Below, one piece after another: positions 49,687 through 58,959 of a stretch of 64,000 nucleotides of DNA (position 1 is the first letter of the stretch; every line of letters starts with the position of its first letter). Source of the DNA: a virus (taxonomy: Duplodnaviria; Heunggongvirae; Uroviricota; Caudoviricetes); the IMG/VR virus record IMGVR_UViG_3300042009_000026, positions 253,368 to 317,367 of that record; one strand, 5' to 3'. The position numbers and the translations under genes are program-made. The notes beneath the pieces were generated by a model, which was not told the origin of the DNA, did no database searches, and saw only the letters and a list, made by a program, of their open reading frames with translations.

Positions 49687-50340
49687 ATGTCTAAAAATTA
49701 TAGCCGCATGACATCTCGCCCAAATCGAAAGAACCGTCCTGAGACACTCTTACGTTTGCTGATGTCTACGTCATACCCACATTCTACATTAGCTGATCTG
49801 ATGTTTGCTTTCTCTCGTCATTCTGGTCCTAAAGACCAAGAAGAAGAAGATGGTATTGCTGATGAAATGACTGCAGTGGAACGTCAATTCGGTATGACTG
49901 ATTTCATTCGTACTGTCGAAGTACTCCGTAATAAAGATCAAGTTACCATTGTTATTCGCACTCTCGATTTCGATCCTAGTGTACGTGAGATCATTGATAA
50001 CAATCAAACCCATGTCGAACTAGCACGTGTTGCATTCTATCTACCTTCAGCCGAAACGCAATTGAATGATCTGGATGCTTTGGCTGAACTGTTGATTACA
50101 ATGTTCCGCAAAGCACAACAAGACAATGTGCGTACTGATCGTAAGTGGCGTTTACGTCAACGCCCTACCACGAAGGGCAATGCTAAACTGGGTAATTCAG
50201 AAGTACCTGCGGTTGAAGAGTCTATTGATCATCGTACAGCGGTGGCCTTACTGACTGCCTCGTTAAGTAAGCAACGGTTCCATGTCGTGTTGACACATAA
50301 CACCATTCTACTGTTCGACCAGCAACGCAGCTTGAAATGA
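49687..50340 (+). CDS. Hypothetical protein
   Basis: 217-aa ORF in operon. Confidence 0.7.
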   Translation: MSKNYSRMTSRPNRKNRPETLLRLLMSTSYPHSTLADLMFAFSRHSGPKDQEEEDGIADEMTAVERQFGMTDFIRTVEVLRNKDQVTIVIRTLDFDPSVREIIDNNQTHVELARVAFYLPSAETQLNDLDALAELLITMFRKAQQDNVRTDRKWRLRQRPTTKGNAKLGNSEVPAVEESIDHRTAVALLTASLSKQRFHVVLTHNTILLFDQQRSLK

Positions 50341-50347
50341 CATAAAC

Positions 50348-50367
50348 GGCTTCCCCTTAGGGAAGCC
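50348..50367. terminator. Bidirectional hairpin between convergent genes
   Basis: GGCTTCCC-CTTA-GGGAAGCC flanked by ATGACATA and TATGCCGT. Confidence 0.8.
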
Positions 50368-50376
50368 AATATGCCG

Positions 50377-52266
50377 TTATACAAGGGTAGTACTGTTCGC
50401 ACCAATAACCCATGTACCGGTACCACGCTTATCAACAACTTTTCGTCCTTGATAAAAGAATGCTGCAGCTTTACTGGTATTAGTTACCCATGAACCTATT
50501 CCGTCTTTTATCCACCAAGTGTAAACATTATTGTTATCTGCTTGGATTACCGTATCCGCCTCTACTGGGTTAACTGGTTTATTAGCGGCCCAGTCTGCGG
50601 CATTAGTAGCTATCCATAAATTACAAGAACCAGGGATACCCTTCAGAGCACGATCGATACGAGTTAGCACACGTGGCCAGATACCATAAACATTACCTGT
50701 GGACTCGCTTGTATCACGATACAATAGATTCGAATATTCCCATAGTTGTTTTATTGCATTCTTTTTCCCCATGCCGGTATAATCTGGTGTTGCAAGTAAG
50801 GCAGTGCCTAATCCAGCGACCCTGGTCCAAGAGGCATTTACCATAGATACATCTAACGCTTGGATGGTTGTTTCCATGGTGTAAATAAAAGGCACTTCAA
50901 TAGCGAATCCGATACGGTCAGTAGGTAGGTAATTAAACGTACTATCCGTACCAGAACACATCTTTAAAGTCATGACATTATTAGACAACATGAACGTACC
51001 GTGTGGTTCGCCATTACGCAGTACCCGTCCAGTCATAGTTGGTGGGCTAGCCATGTTGTAAAAGACATGCAAATCAAATCCACGTTTGACTGTCTGCAGG
51101 GTTGGACCTGTTACACGATCGCGTGCATCACGCAGCATCAGATCCGAGGGATCAATTAAGTCGTAACGATACGGTCGGACAAATACTGTTCCATCCTCCA
51201 TCTGTACAAGTACGTTAAGACGCTTGACCCCAGCACTATCATAGAAATACGAATGTGTAACCAATGGGTCTACTTGAGATGAAGCATATGTCTCAACCAT
51301 AACCAACGATTCCGAACCACCAGCATAAATTGAATCAGTGTCGGCCATGTTGTTTAACAACGGATGATCACCGGGTCCTCCATTCAATGCCAATTGGCTT
51401 TTTATCTCACTGACTAAGACAGGTGCTCTGTCTACGTTACCAGAGAAATAAGTCCCGTAGTACTGAGATACTTTAGTAGCATCCCCACCAAAGATGCTGC
51501 CATTAGCTACAGCATCTGCCAGGTTGGTATAGATTCGATCACAGTGGTCAGTGATGATCATTACGCCACCACCTCCAGCACGGTATGAAGCTAGTTCCTG
51601 ACTGAACTGTGTTGTAATGTTAGTTTGACCCACTGCTAGGTTAGCCCCACACATTACCACCACACAGCTGTACTGATTGAATGTTGTCAAAGTACCATCA
51701 ATCTTACCCAGGCCACCGAAATCACTTACATTACGAATATCGTAAGTGAATCCAGCTAACCCTGCCACCAATTCAAAAGTATCTCTGAATCCTTCAGCAC
51801 CATACGTATTACCTGCAATCAAAGAAGCTTTAGTATCATACGGTGATCCAGTTGCAGTATTCCCAATAAATAGGATCTTCCTAGTTACGTTGGGTTTAGC
51901 AATGAAGTTCAGGGCATTGTACAAATACTTCATTGCAGCCGTAAGCATAGCGAATGTAGTAGGTCTTGGAGAAGGCATTGTCCCATTGTAATACTTAGGG
52001 AAGCCAGCATCATAAACAACATTGCCCCGACCATCTTGCGTAACTGCCATAAATGGTCGGGCTACAATATCTCCTGGCGGTACACCAGTATGTGGTGGCG
52101 CATTGGGATAAAGTGGCCCTTGATCATAAGCCAAAACTTCTGAGAGGACCGGGGCTACGTCGTCTTGCGTAATGATAGCTTTTCGTACATCTGGTGGGAA
52201 AGTAACTACTACAGTCTGTTCCCCACCATAATACCCAGGTTGTGGGCTTACTGTAACATCAGCCAT
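50377..52266 (-). CDS. Probable virion structural (tail/fibre-associated) protein
   Basis: 629 aa, T/G/N-rich; co-oriented with the virion helicase; SD TAAGGTGA. Confidence 0.6.
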   Translation of the reverse strand: MADVTVSPQPGYYGGEQTVVVTFPPDVRKAIITQDDVAPVLSEVLAYDQGPLYPNAPPHTGVPPGDIVARPFMAVTQDGRGNVVYDAGFPKYYNGTMPSPRPTTFAMLTAAMKYLYNALNFIAKPNVTRKILFIGNTATGSPYDTKASLIAGNTYGAEGFRDTFELVAGLAGFTYDIRNVSDFGGLGKIDGTLTTFNQYSCVVVMCGANLAVGQTNITTQFSQELASYRAGGGGVMIITDHCDRIYTNLADAVANGSIFGGDATKVSQYYGTYFSGNVDRAPVLVSEIKSQLALNGGPGDHPLLNNMADTDSIYAGGSESLVMVETYASSQVDPLVTHSYFYDSAGVKRLNVLVQMEDGTVFVRPYRYDLIDPSDLMLRDARDRVTGPTLQTVKRGFDLHVFYNMASPPTMTGRVLRNGEPHGTFMLSNNVMTLKMCSGTDSTFNYLPTDRIGFAIEVPFIYTMETTIQALDVSMVNASWTRVAGLGTALLATPDYTGMGKKNAIKQLWEYSNLLYRDTSESTGNVYGIWPRVLTRIDRALKGIPGSCNLWIATNAADWAANKPVNPVEADTVIQADNNNVYTWWIKDGIGSWVTNTSKAAAFFYQGRKVVDKRGTGTWVIGANSTTLV

Positions 52267-52275
52267 GGTATCACC

Positions 52276-52623
52276 TTACTTCTTAACAGGTGTAATGAAT
52301 TTGGCATAGTACTTGAGAGACGTGGTATGCTTGTTGGTAATTGTCAGGATGCCCGTTGCTGGAGCAATTGAATAGTCCATCAATCCATAGGCCGGGATAA
52401 TTGGTTTTGGGTTGGCAGCAGACTCAGGATCATCGATTTTGATGTCTACAATAGTCGATGAAATATTGTAATCAGCTAATACGAAACCTAATAGGGTCGG
52501 TAAATTAACTGTAACAGAATTTCCTGTGTTAATCGTACCTTCTTGGTATTTACTGATACTGAGCTGATTATATACTTTATCAAAATACCCAGTGATATTT
52601 GTGATCATTTGTGCAAGTGTCAT
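52276..52623 (-). CDS. Probable small virion protein
   Basis: SD AAGGAG; same operon. Confidence 0.6.
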   Translation of the reverse strand: MTLAQMITNITGYFDKVYNQLSISKYQEGTINTGNSVTVNLPTLLGFVLADYNISSTIVDIKIDDPESAANPKPIIPAYGLMDYSIAPATGILTITNKHTTSLKYYAKFITPVKK

Positions 52624-52634
52624 GGTTCACTCCT

Positions 52635-54752
52635 TTATCGCATCCACCCAGGAACACGATTGATTTGTTTAGGGAATTCAAATTGCTTACGATCTACATC
52701 GAGATCAAACTGCTCGAAAGATTTCTGGAGAGTACCAAGCATTAAACGGTGCTCATCGAATTCATTTGGATTTTCTTGACTGAAGGATTCAAATGCTTCC
52801 TTCTGTTCAAATGGGGATTTGATTCCGGTTATCTCCTCTACCATGGCCTGCGACCAGGCTAAGATGTCAGCTGAGCGTGTAGAGATGTTAGGAGAATCAC
52901 CCGTGTCTAACACAGCGGTAAAGACTACGGTTTGTGAATCCTGTCCCATCCGATAGATACGGGCAATAGCCTGTTCTAAGATATAGCTACGGAAAGGTGA
53001 ATTCAGAATCAACATTGTATCGGCCATAGTCAAACGCACAGCTGTTGCTAGAGACGCGTAAGTAGCCAAGAGTGGATTCAGTTTAGGTTCTTTATCGAAA
53101 CGGTTCACAATGGAAGCCAGTTCGTTAGAAGTCTTACCGTAGACTGCAATCGGAGTCATACCGAGTTTGCGAACATGGATGTCAGATGCTTCTAATGCTT
53201 CCACGAATGAAGTAAACATGATAGTCTTCTTTTCAGTTGACTCTACAATACCTACCCAATCTACGTGTGGAACCATAGCAACATGACATTCAATACGTTT
53301 ACCCCCTAAGATACGACCTAAGGTTTCACCTTGGATCTTCAGCATGACATACTTAATGGCTGATTTAACATCTCGGAATTCATGAATCATTGACTGTGGT
53401 AACGAAGGACCGAATACTGTCTTCTCGTATTTGTTAGTGGCCTTGATCTCTTCACCAGTAAAGCGTGGATCAGGGTTAGCAATAACGATTTTCAGTACAC
53501 GTCGATATTCCTTATAAGCAGCTATCTGATCTTTCGTACGCAATTGTGATTCATGGATACGTAAGTACTCTGCCCATAATTTCTCATCATGTGGCTTACG
53601 TTCTTTATAGAACTTAACTCGTTCACGGATGAATGCTTCCATTACCACCTTAATAGCATCGAGTGTAAAGTCTTTGCCATTCGGTACTTGGATCTTGTAT
53701 GGTTTCATGATTGGTGGTTTGAGGCCAGTAGACTTCTCTGTCTTATCAATAAAGAAAGACATAAAACCCATCCGATGACGAATGATATCTAAACCTTTAC
53801 CACCTTCTTTACCGAAGATCAAACGGAAGCGCGCTTCTACTTCTGGAGTAAATAATGGATCAGCCACAGACATCAGAGTAATGAGTTCAGCACCTAGTGC
53901 TTTAACAGGCGTACCCGAAGCTAACACATTGTCTTGTGAACCTAGTGCTTTAACACAAGCAATATAGAGCTGCGTCTGTAGGGACTTGCCGTCGTTCATG
54001 TTGTGGCATTCATCAAGTGCCGTGTAAGTCTTCTTACCTTTAAACACACCCGATTGGATAATGTCTAGGAAGTTCGCTAACCATTGGTAATGCACAATAA
54101 TGATCCGTTCACCACGATAAGGCTTACCGGAAGCAGAGGACCAAACGGTTTGTTTCTTTTTATACATCTCGTCCATCGATGGAACCCAAACAGTATCCAC
54201 TGCTCGTTTCTCACAGAAGATCACGATATGGTCAGCATTCAGCATTTCGCCAATGGCTGTGGCCATAAATGTCTTGCCCGTACCAGGAAGGGCATGCAAC
54301 AGATCCCCTACTAGGCCCCACTTATCCAGTCGTGTATCGTAAGACTTGAAGTAAGCTAGTTGATCTGGTTCTGGTGTGAACTTCAGATTGTTTAGGTTAT
54401 CAAAATCCAGACGACCGATTGCGTCAGGGTCTGGCTTAGCGAAAGCTTTGCCTACCCAGGTCGATTCCAGCATGGCTGCACGGATAGCGGCAGCTGTCTT
54501 TACTGAGATGTACCGAGAACGGTATTGCATTACGCTATCGAGAATATAAAGGAAGTCTGGCGCAAAGAACTTATAGAAGCGCAGCTCTGTACCAGAAGCA
54601 TGGTTAAAAATGTTTGCAGCAATACGTGTCGTTTTCCAATGCTTGGAAATATCTCGAACAAGGTGGTTTCCGTTTACTCCGGAAATGATGATTTCGTTGC
54701 CTTGTTCTTTAGCAGTCACAACGCCCATCAAACGTCGGAAATAGCTTTGCAT
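52635..54752 (-). CDS. SF2 (SNF2-like) DExH helicase (phiKZ gp203-like)
   Basis: PGTGKT, LDECH, SGTP, QAIARIYRMGQ motifs; C-terminal AFE/SQE sites; TATG upstream on the minus strand. Confidence 0.9.
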   Translation of the reverse strand: MQSYFRRLMGVVTAKEQGNEIIISGVNGNHLVRDISKHWKTTRIAANIFNHASGTELRFYKFFAPDFLYILDSVMQYRSRYISVKTAAAIRAAMLESTWVGKAFAKPDPDAIGRLDFDNLNNLKFTPEPDQLAYFKSYDTRLDKWGLVGDLLHALPGTGKTFMATAIGEMLNADHIVIFCEKRAVDTVWVPSMDEMYKKKQTVWSSASGKPYRGERIIIVHYQWLANFLDIIQSGVFKGKKTYTALDECHNMNDGKSLQTQLYIACVKALGSQDNVLASGTPVKALGAELITLMSVADPLFTPEVEARFRLIFGKEGGKGLDIIRHRMGFMSFFIDKTEKSTGLKPPIMKPYKIQVPNGKDFTLDAIKVVMEAFIRERVKFYKERKPHDEKLWAEYLRIHESQLRTKDQIAAYKEYRRVLKIVIANPDPRFTGEEIKATNKYEKTVFGPSLPQSMIHEFRDVKSAIKYVMLKIQGETLGRILGGKRIECHVAMVPHVDWVGIVESTEKKTIMFTSFVEALEASDIHVRKLGMTPIAVYGKTSNELASIVNRFDKEPKLNPLLATYASLATAVRLTMADTMLILNSPFRSYILEQAIARIYRMGQDSQTVVFTAVLDTGDSPNISTRSADILAWSQAMVEEITGIKSPFEQKEAFESFSQENPNEFDEHRLMLGTLQKSFEQFDLDVDRKQFEFPKQINRVPGWMR

Positions 54753-54829
54753 GGTTGAGCCCTTGTTCTTTATTAAAAGTCATAAGATTAGCCTTAGTGG
54801 GAAAATAATACACGGCATATCCAATACTA

Positions 54830-54990
54830 TAGACGAGGGTACGTGCGGAATGCACATATCACGAGGAGGTGATCCAGTCGTTAATCCCAACCAGGTGATA
54901 CGCCAACTATAGCTGTGAAGCTACAGAGACCTAACTACGAGCCTTGTCTACTTCAGACCTCTATTGGCTACCTGCGGGTGGCCATTATGT
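54830..54990 (+). ncRNA. Candidate small RNA or 20-codon ORF with extended complementarity to the 16S rRNA 3' end
   Basis: AGGAGGTGATCCAGTCG at 54864-54880; ORF 54850-54912 MHISRGGDPVVNPNQVIRQL; closing hairpin 54965-54984. Boundaries are approximate. Confidence 0.4.
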
Positions 54991-55004
54991 CCTAATCCAC
55001 AAAA

Positions 55005-55030
55005 TCTCAAATCTATATTACTATCATGCA
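55005..55030 (+). promoter_or_regulatory. phiKZ-type early promoter
   Basis: TCTCAAATC-TATATTAC (55014-55021). Confidence 0.8.
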
Positions 55031-55048
55031 CTCAAACAGGAGAATCAA

Positions 55049-55552
55049 ATGTCCCATAATCCGATCCATCCTACTCAACAAGCTTGGGTAGATGCAATTG
55101 CTAAACAAACGAAAGAGAACAATGAAAACAAAACCATTGTCGTATCTCGACCACTAAACGTTACTGCACGTCTGGGCGTGGATAGTGATCCTGATGCTAC
55201 TTACGCTCCATGGCCTAAGCGCTTTACAGTAATCGATTCGATTGCGTTCATTACCTACGAACAAGTGTTGGCTGCATTCACTGATGAAGTAGCTTTTTAT
55301 CAGTTGCAGGGTGTAGTGAACATCACTGGTGAGAACCAGCGTTATATGGGCCCTGTGGTTGATCCTGACACAAACAAAGAAGTAGAAGCTATCTGTATTA
55401 CCCTTCCAGGTATCGCCTCTGCAGATGTCATGCTGGCGCTTTATACACAGGTACAAACTGCTGGGCATGTAATGCTCCCTGCTCAACGTCATGGTGTCAG
55501 TGGAAATACATTCACACTGTTTACAGTTATCCCCAACTACGGCATTGTTTAA
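55049..55552 (+). CDS. Hypothetical early protein
   Basis: ATG 55049 with CAGGAG SD after the promoter. Confidence 0.7.
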   Translation: MSHNPIHPTQQAWVDAIAKQTKENNENKTIVVSRPLNVTARLGVDSDPDATYAPWPKRFTVIDSIAFITYEQVLAAFTDEVAFYQLQGVVNITGENQRYMGPVVDPDTNKEVEAICITLPGIASADVMLALYTQVQTAGHVMLPAQRHGVSGNTFTLFTVIPNYGIV

Positions 55553-55992
55553 TGACCGAAGAACTAGAGCTTGAAGCGATTGCGCCATTAGCCACACGTA
55601 TCAAATTGATCGCACATGCCGCTAAGTTGGCCAACGAAACTTTCATGGAGCGTGTCTGGATCGAGAATGATCCAGATGGCTTTACTGGATGGCGTTGGGA
55701 TAAATTCAGTGTACAACCTTACATCGTTTGTGCTGCTAACCGTTACAAAGATTTCATTGTTACCGGTAGTCGTCACCACTCTGTTCCAATGATGATGATC
55801 ACTGAATTGGTAGGGATGGATGCACTGCATGCTTATGCAGGTAGTCGCGACAATGAAGAACAAGGTTTCATCGATCAGTATGGTAAATTTTGGAATCGCC
55901 GCGATGCATATGAACTATGTATAAAGCAAGGGCGACCATTGCTAGAAGATGGTGCTTCTAAAACACAACTGTTTTCTGAACATCTTTATTGA
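55552..55992 (+). CDS. Phage hypothetical protein
   Basis: IVCAA, G.RH, QGFIDQYG.F..R, LFSE.LY pattern recognised from other phages. Confidence 0.75.
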   Translation: MTEELELEAIAPLATRIKLIAHAAKLANETFMERVWIENDPDGFTGWRWDKFSVQPYIVCAANRYKDFIVTGSRHHSVPMMMITELVGMDALHAYAGSRDNEEQGFIDQYGKFWNRRDAYELCIKQGRPLLEDGASKTQLFSEHLY

Positions 55993-55999
55993 GACAGGT

Positions 56000-56542
56000 A
56001 TGGCTAAAAAGAAAAAGCAGGACTTAGTGACTGTTCAGTTTGAAGGCACTGATTTCATAATGAATGAAGTGATCTACAAACAGGTTGACCTAGAATCAGG
56101 TGGCAAACATTTCATGCACCTGGAGAAGAAAGGTAATCGTTGGTTGCTGTTGCATACCACAGGCATGTTGTTCGATACTCTGCCTGACCAATATCACATG
56201 TCGTACATGCATCCCAAGTCGACCAAAGAAAAGCCGATGATCAATGCATTTGACCGGGACATCATAATCAGTCGTTATACCTGCATTACTTTGTTCAATG
56301 GCAATCCATTCTATCACCTCGATGAACTGGATGATGACACCTGGCGTATTACGCATGCGACTAAGTTCTTCAAAGGCGACCACAAAGATATTACTTGGTT
56401 CCGTATATGGGATGAGTCAGCCGATATTCCAACTGTTGAAGTACCCGGCGTGGTAGAACCAGTCTGTGGTCCTTCGCGTATAGGTCAGCAGTTGCTCGCT
56501 GATCGCAATGCAGATAAAGTAACTTTCGATGACACCATCTAA
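56000..56542 (+). CDS. Hypothetical protein
   Basis: Start at MAKKKK (ATG 56000). Confidence 0.65.
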   Translation: MAKKKKQDLVTVQFEGTDFIMNEVIYKQVDLESGGKHFMHLEKKGNRWLLLHTTGMLFDTLPDQYHMSYMHPKSTKEKPMINAFDRDIIISRYTCITLFNGNPFYHLDELDDDTWRITHATKFFKGDHKDITWFRIWDESADIPTVEVPGVVEPVCGPSRIGQQLLADRNADKVTFDDTI

Positions 56543-56612
56543 GGAATAACAATGCCCGTATACGAACAAGTGTGGATACGATTTTATACTGTTAACCCTT
56601 GGAGGGTAAATC

Positions 56613-56783
56613 ATGTCAAAATCGTACCGCACCTGCTATTTCCGCAATCAAAAAGATCTCTGGTCCCCACGACCAATGCGCTTCTGGCCCTCGAACAAAT
56701 GGACGAAGGTTAAAAGCCATCGTATCGAACGGGCACAGAAACTCCAGTTGATCTATAAAGAACTGCAAGAGTTGCATCGCTAG
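56613..56783 (+). CDS. 56-aa basic protein (not in ORF track)
   Basis: GGAGG SD; MSKSYRTCYFRNQKDLWSPRPMRFWPSNKWTKVKSHRIERAQKLQLIYKELQELHR; ends at a terminator. Confidence 0.6.
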   Translation: MSKSYRTCYFRNQKDLWSPRPMRFWPSNKWTKVKSHRIERAQKLQLIYKELQELHR

Positions 56784-56806
56784 TCCTTCGGGACTAGCTT
56801 TATTTC
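56779..56806 (+). terminator. Intrinsic terminator
   Basis: GCTAGTCC-TTCG-GGACTAGC-TTTATTT. Confidence 0.8.
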
Positions 56807-56821
56807 CCAATAGGAGTTTTC

Positions 56822-57955
56822 ATGTTATTCAAGATGGGTGAAACTTTCATACACACTGTTACGGTATTGCGTTTTGTTGATGGTTCGATGGCTATCGATC
56901 GCGCTACACACGAAGAAGCCAAGCAAGTCGCCAAGTGGTTTGAAGAAGGCGTGTTGTCCTTCGATGTAGCGAATAAGATGTTTGTTATCAATAGCACCGG
57001 TTCTACCAAGATGCTTGGTACAAATATCAACGTCACCTATATCACATGGCATCGCACCAACCTGGTTCCATTCTTCGGTACTCGTGACGTCGGCGAAGAT
57101 ACAGGCTTTACACCGATGTGCAGCCCATTGACTGCAGTTTATTCATTGTTGGACGGTAAACTAGCTTACGAAGGTCCACGTGTTTGTGATCATCGGTATG
57201 AAGATTGGATGCTGAATAATTTCGCAACGCGTCCTAATCCAGATGCCATTCCTTCTATTCCAGAAGAACTGGACGTAGAAAAGGATGAACAACCCAAGAT
57301 TGTTGAAAAGAACTGGCCTTCGTTCATGCCTAATGGCGTGTACAACCGTGAACTACACATTGCAAACTGTAATGAATTGGCCCAAATGTACCCAACATCT
57401 GTACGCGCAGTGTCCCCGTTTGAAGATAAAGGACATGTTGATGAAGACGGTTTAGCTGTTCGGCGGAAGGATACAGTTGAAGCATTCAGGGCATTAATCA
57501 GGGAACACTGTAGTAGTAACTGGTTAGATAACCTGTTTGGTGGTTGGACATTTTATCCTTGGGCTAAAAAGGAACCTGAACCAGATCCTATTTCCAAGCA
57601 AATGCTGAAAGCCCATGAACCTGAGCATTTGGTTGAGATCATTGATCCGCGTGATGAACTAGTGCAACCGTCATTCAAGCAATTCGCGATACTCGATTCG
57701 ATGGTTAGTCGTTACGTTACATTGATCAAGACCCAGAGAGATTCTCTTAGCTTTGAACTCGATCGGTTTGGTAATAAGACTAGCCTAGCACATCTGTTGA
57801 CCATGCTGGGTACAGTCAATGATCGTGAAGTTAAAATGACTATCGGTAAGCGGCAGCGTTGGTTGGGTTATGTGCAAGGTATGTTGGTGGCACACCAGCT
57901 TATTGGTGTTGATACAGAACGTGATGCCACTCGTGAGATATTGAACGGCCAATAA
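56822..57955 (+). CDS. Hypothetical protein
   Basis: SD TAGGAG; C-terminal KRQRWLGYVQG motif. Confidence 0.7.
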   Translation: MLFKMGETFIHTVTVLRFVDGSMAIDRATHEEAKQVAKWFEEGVLSFDVANKMFVINSTGSTKMLGTNINVTYITWHRTNLVPFFGTRDVGEDTGFTPMCSPLTAVYSLLDGKLAYEGPRVCDHRYEDWMLNNFATRPNPDAIPSIPEELDVEKDEQPKIVEKNWPSFMPNGVYNRELHIANCNELAQMYPTSVRAVSPFEDKGHVDEDGLAVRRKDTVEAFRALIREHCSSNWLDNLFGGWTFYPWAKKEPEPDPISKQMLKAHEPEHLVEIIDPRDELVQPSFKQFAILDSMVSRYVTLIKTQRDSLSFELDRFGNKTSLAHLLTMLGTVNDREVKMTIGKRQRWLGYVQGMLVAHQLIGVDTERDATREILNGQ

Positions 57956-57994
57956 TGTGTAAGGTACATCGGGTATCTTCAATAAAGGAATGTA

Positions 57995-58312
57995 ATGATG
58001 AGTGAATTTGATACAGAACCCCATGGTGCAGGTAGCGGTGATCTCCCAGATATCGTAACCCCAGAAATTTTCATGGATCGTTATACGCATAACCAAGCGT
58101 TCTACGGTATCATGAAAATTGAAGCAGCTTTGGAAGATGCTAAGCCATTGCCTTCAGTGGTGGGTAGTTACGTAGAGGTCAGAGTATCGGCTATCTTTAA
58201 TGGCCGTGTGGGTGACATCATCAAACAACAATATCTGGATAAAGGTTGGGCAACCATTACTCTTATTGAAGTAGATGCAACCACTACCGCTGTTAAGCTC
58301 GTCTTCCCTTAA
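57995..58312 (+). CDS. Hypothetical protein
   Basis: SD AAAGGA. Confidence 0.65.
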   Translation: MMSEFDTEPHGAGSGDLPDIVTPEIFMDRYTHNQAFYGIMKIEAALEDAKPLPSVVGSYVEVRVSAIFNGRVGDIIKQQYLDKGWATITLIEVDATTTAVKLVFP

Positions 58313-58959
58313 TGCATGTAGGGGTGGTGGCGGGAGTTGGTTCTCGTACAGTTCCAGAATGGGCATTAGAGCTCATAATCCGGTTGGGTCGTACCTATAC
58401 GGATCTAGGTTATCAAATGTCATCAGGGGACGCATGGGACTCGGACCGTGCGTTCCTTTATGGCGCTGCACAGTCACACCGATACCAAGAGATTGGCGCC
58501 AGAGTCTTTCTAGCGAAGGACGGAGCTAACGGTAGATGGATTAAAGACAATCCATTTTACTACGACGGAACAACCGTAGATGCAACTACCATGGCAACTG
58601 CGCAATCAATGGCCGCCTTAGCACGTGGTGGTTTCTACGGATTAAATCCACACGGAATTGCTCTACATACCCGTAATGTGTTTCAGATTCATGGCATGGG
58701 GTTAGATGAGCTTGTAGGTGCCATCTACTTCTATGCCGAGCCTAATGGACGAACCAAGGTCCATGGTGGAACTAATACTGCGTTGCAACTCTGTAAAAAA
58801 GCCGGTGTACCTATAATCAAGAACCTGTATTATCAGGAGATTGTGGATGAAATAACTGAATGGCTTAATACCCATGAGTTGGATTATCCCTACATCGATA
58901 TTGATTGGCACCAAATACACAAACCCAATGATCCCCGTTTAAAGGAATTTGAAGAATGA
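58312..58959 (+). CDS. SLOG/DprA-like nucleotide-binding protein
   Basis: AGVGSR, SSGDA..SD, RN..QI.G, GGT..A motifs. Confidence 0.7.
   Translation: MHVGVVAGVGSRTVPEWALELIIRLGRTYTDLGYQMSSGDAWDSDRAFLYGAAQSHRYQEIGARVFLAKDGANGRWIKDNPFYYDGTTVDATTMATAQSMAALARGGFYGLNPHGIALHTRNVFQIHGMGLDELVGAIYFYAEPNGRTKVHGGTNTALQLCKKAGVPIIKNLYYQEIVDEITEWLNTHELDYPYIDIDWHQIHKPNDPRLKEFEE

Noticed and set aside
54864-54880. 16S rRNA gene fragment or host contamination
   Set aside because: The match is only 17 nt and the flanks are not rRNA-like; kept as a possible functional element instead.
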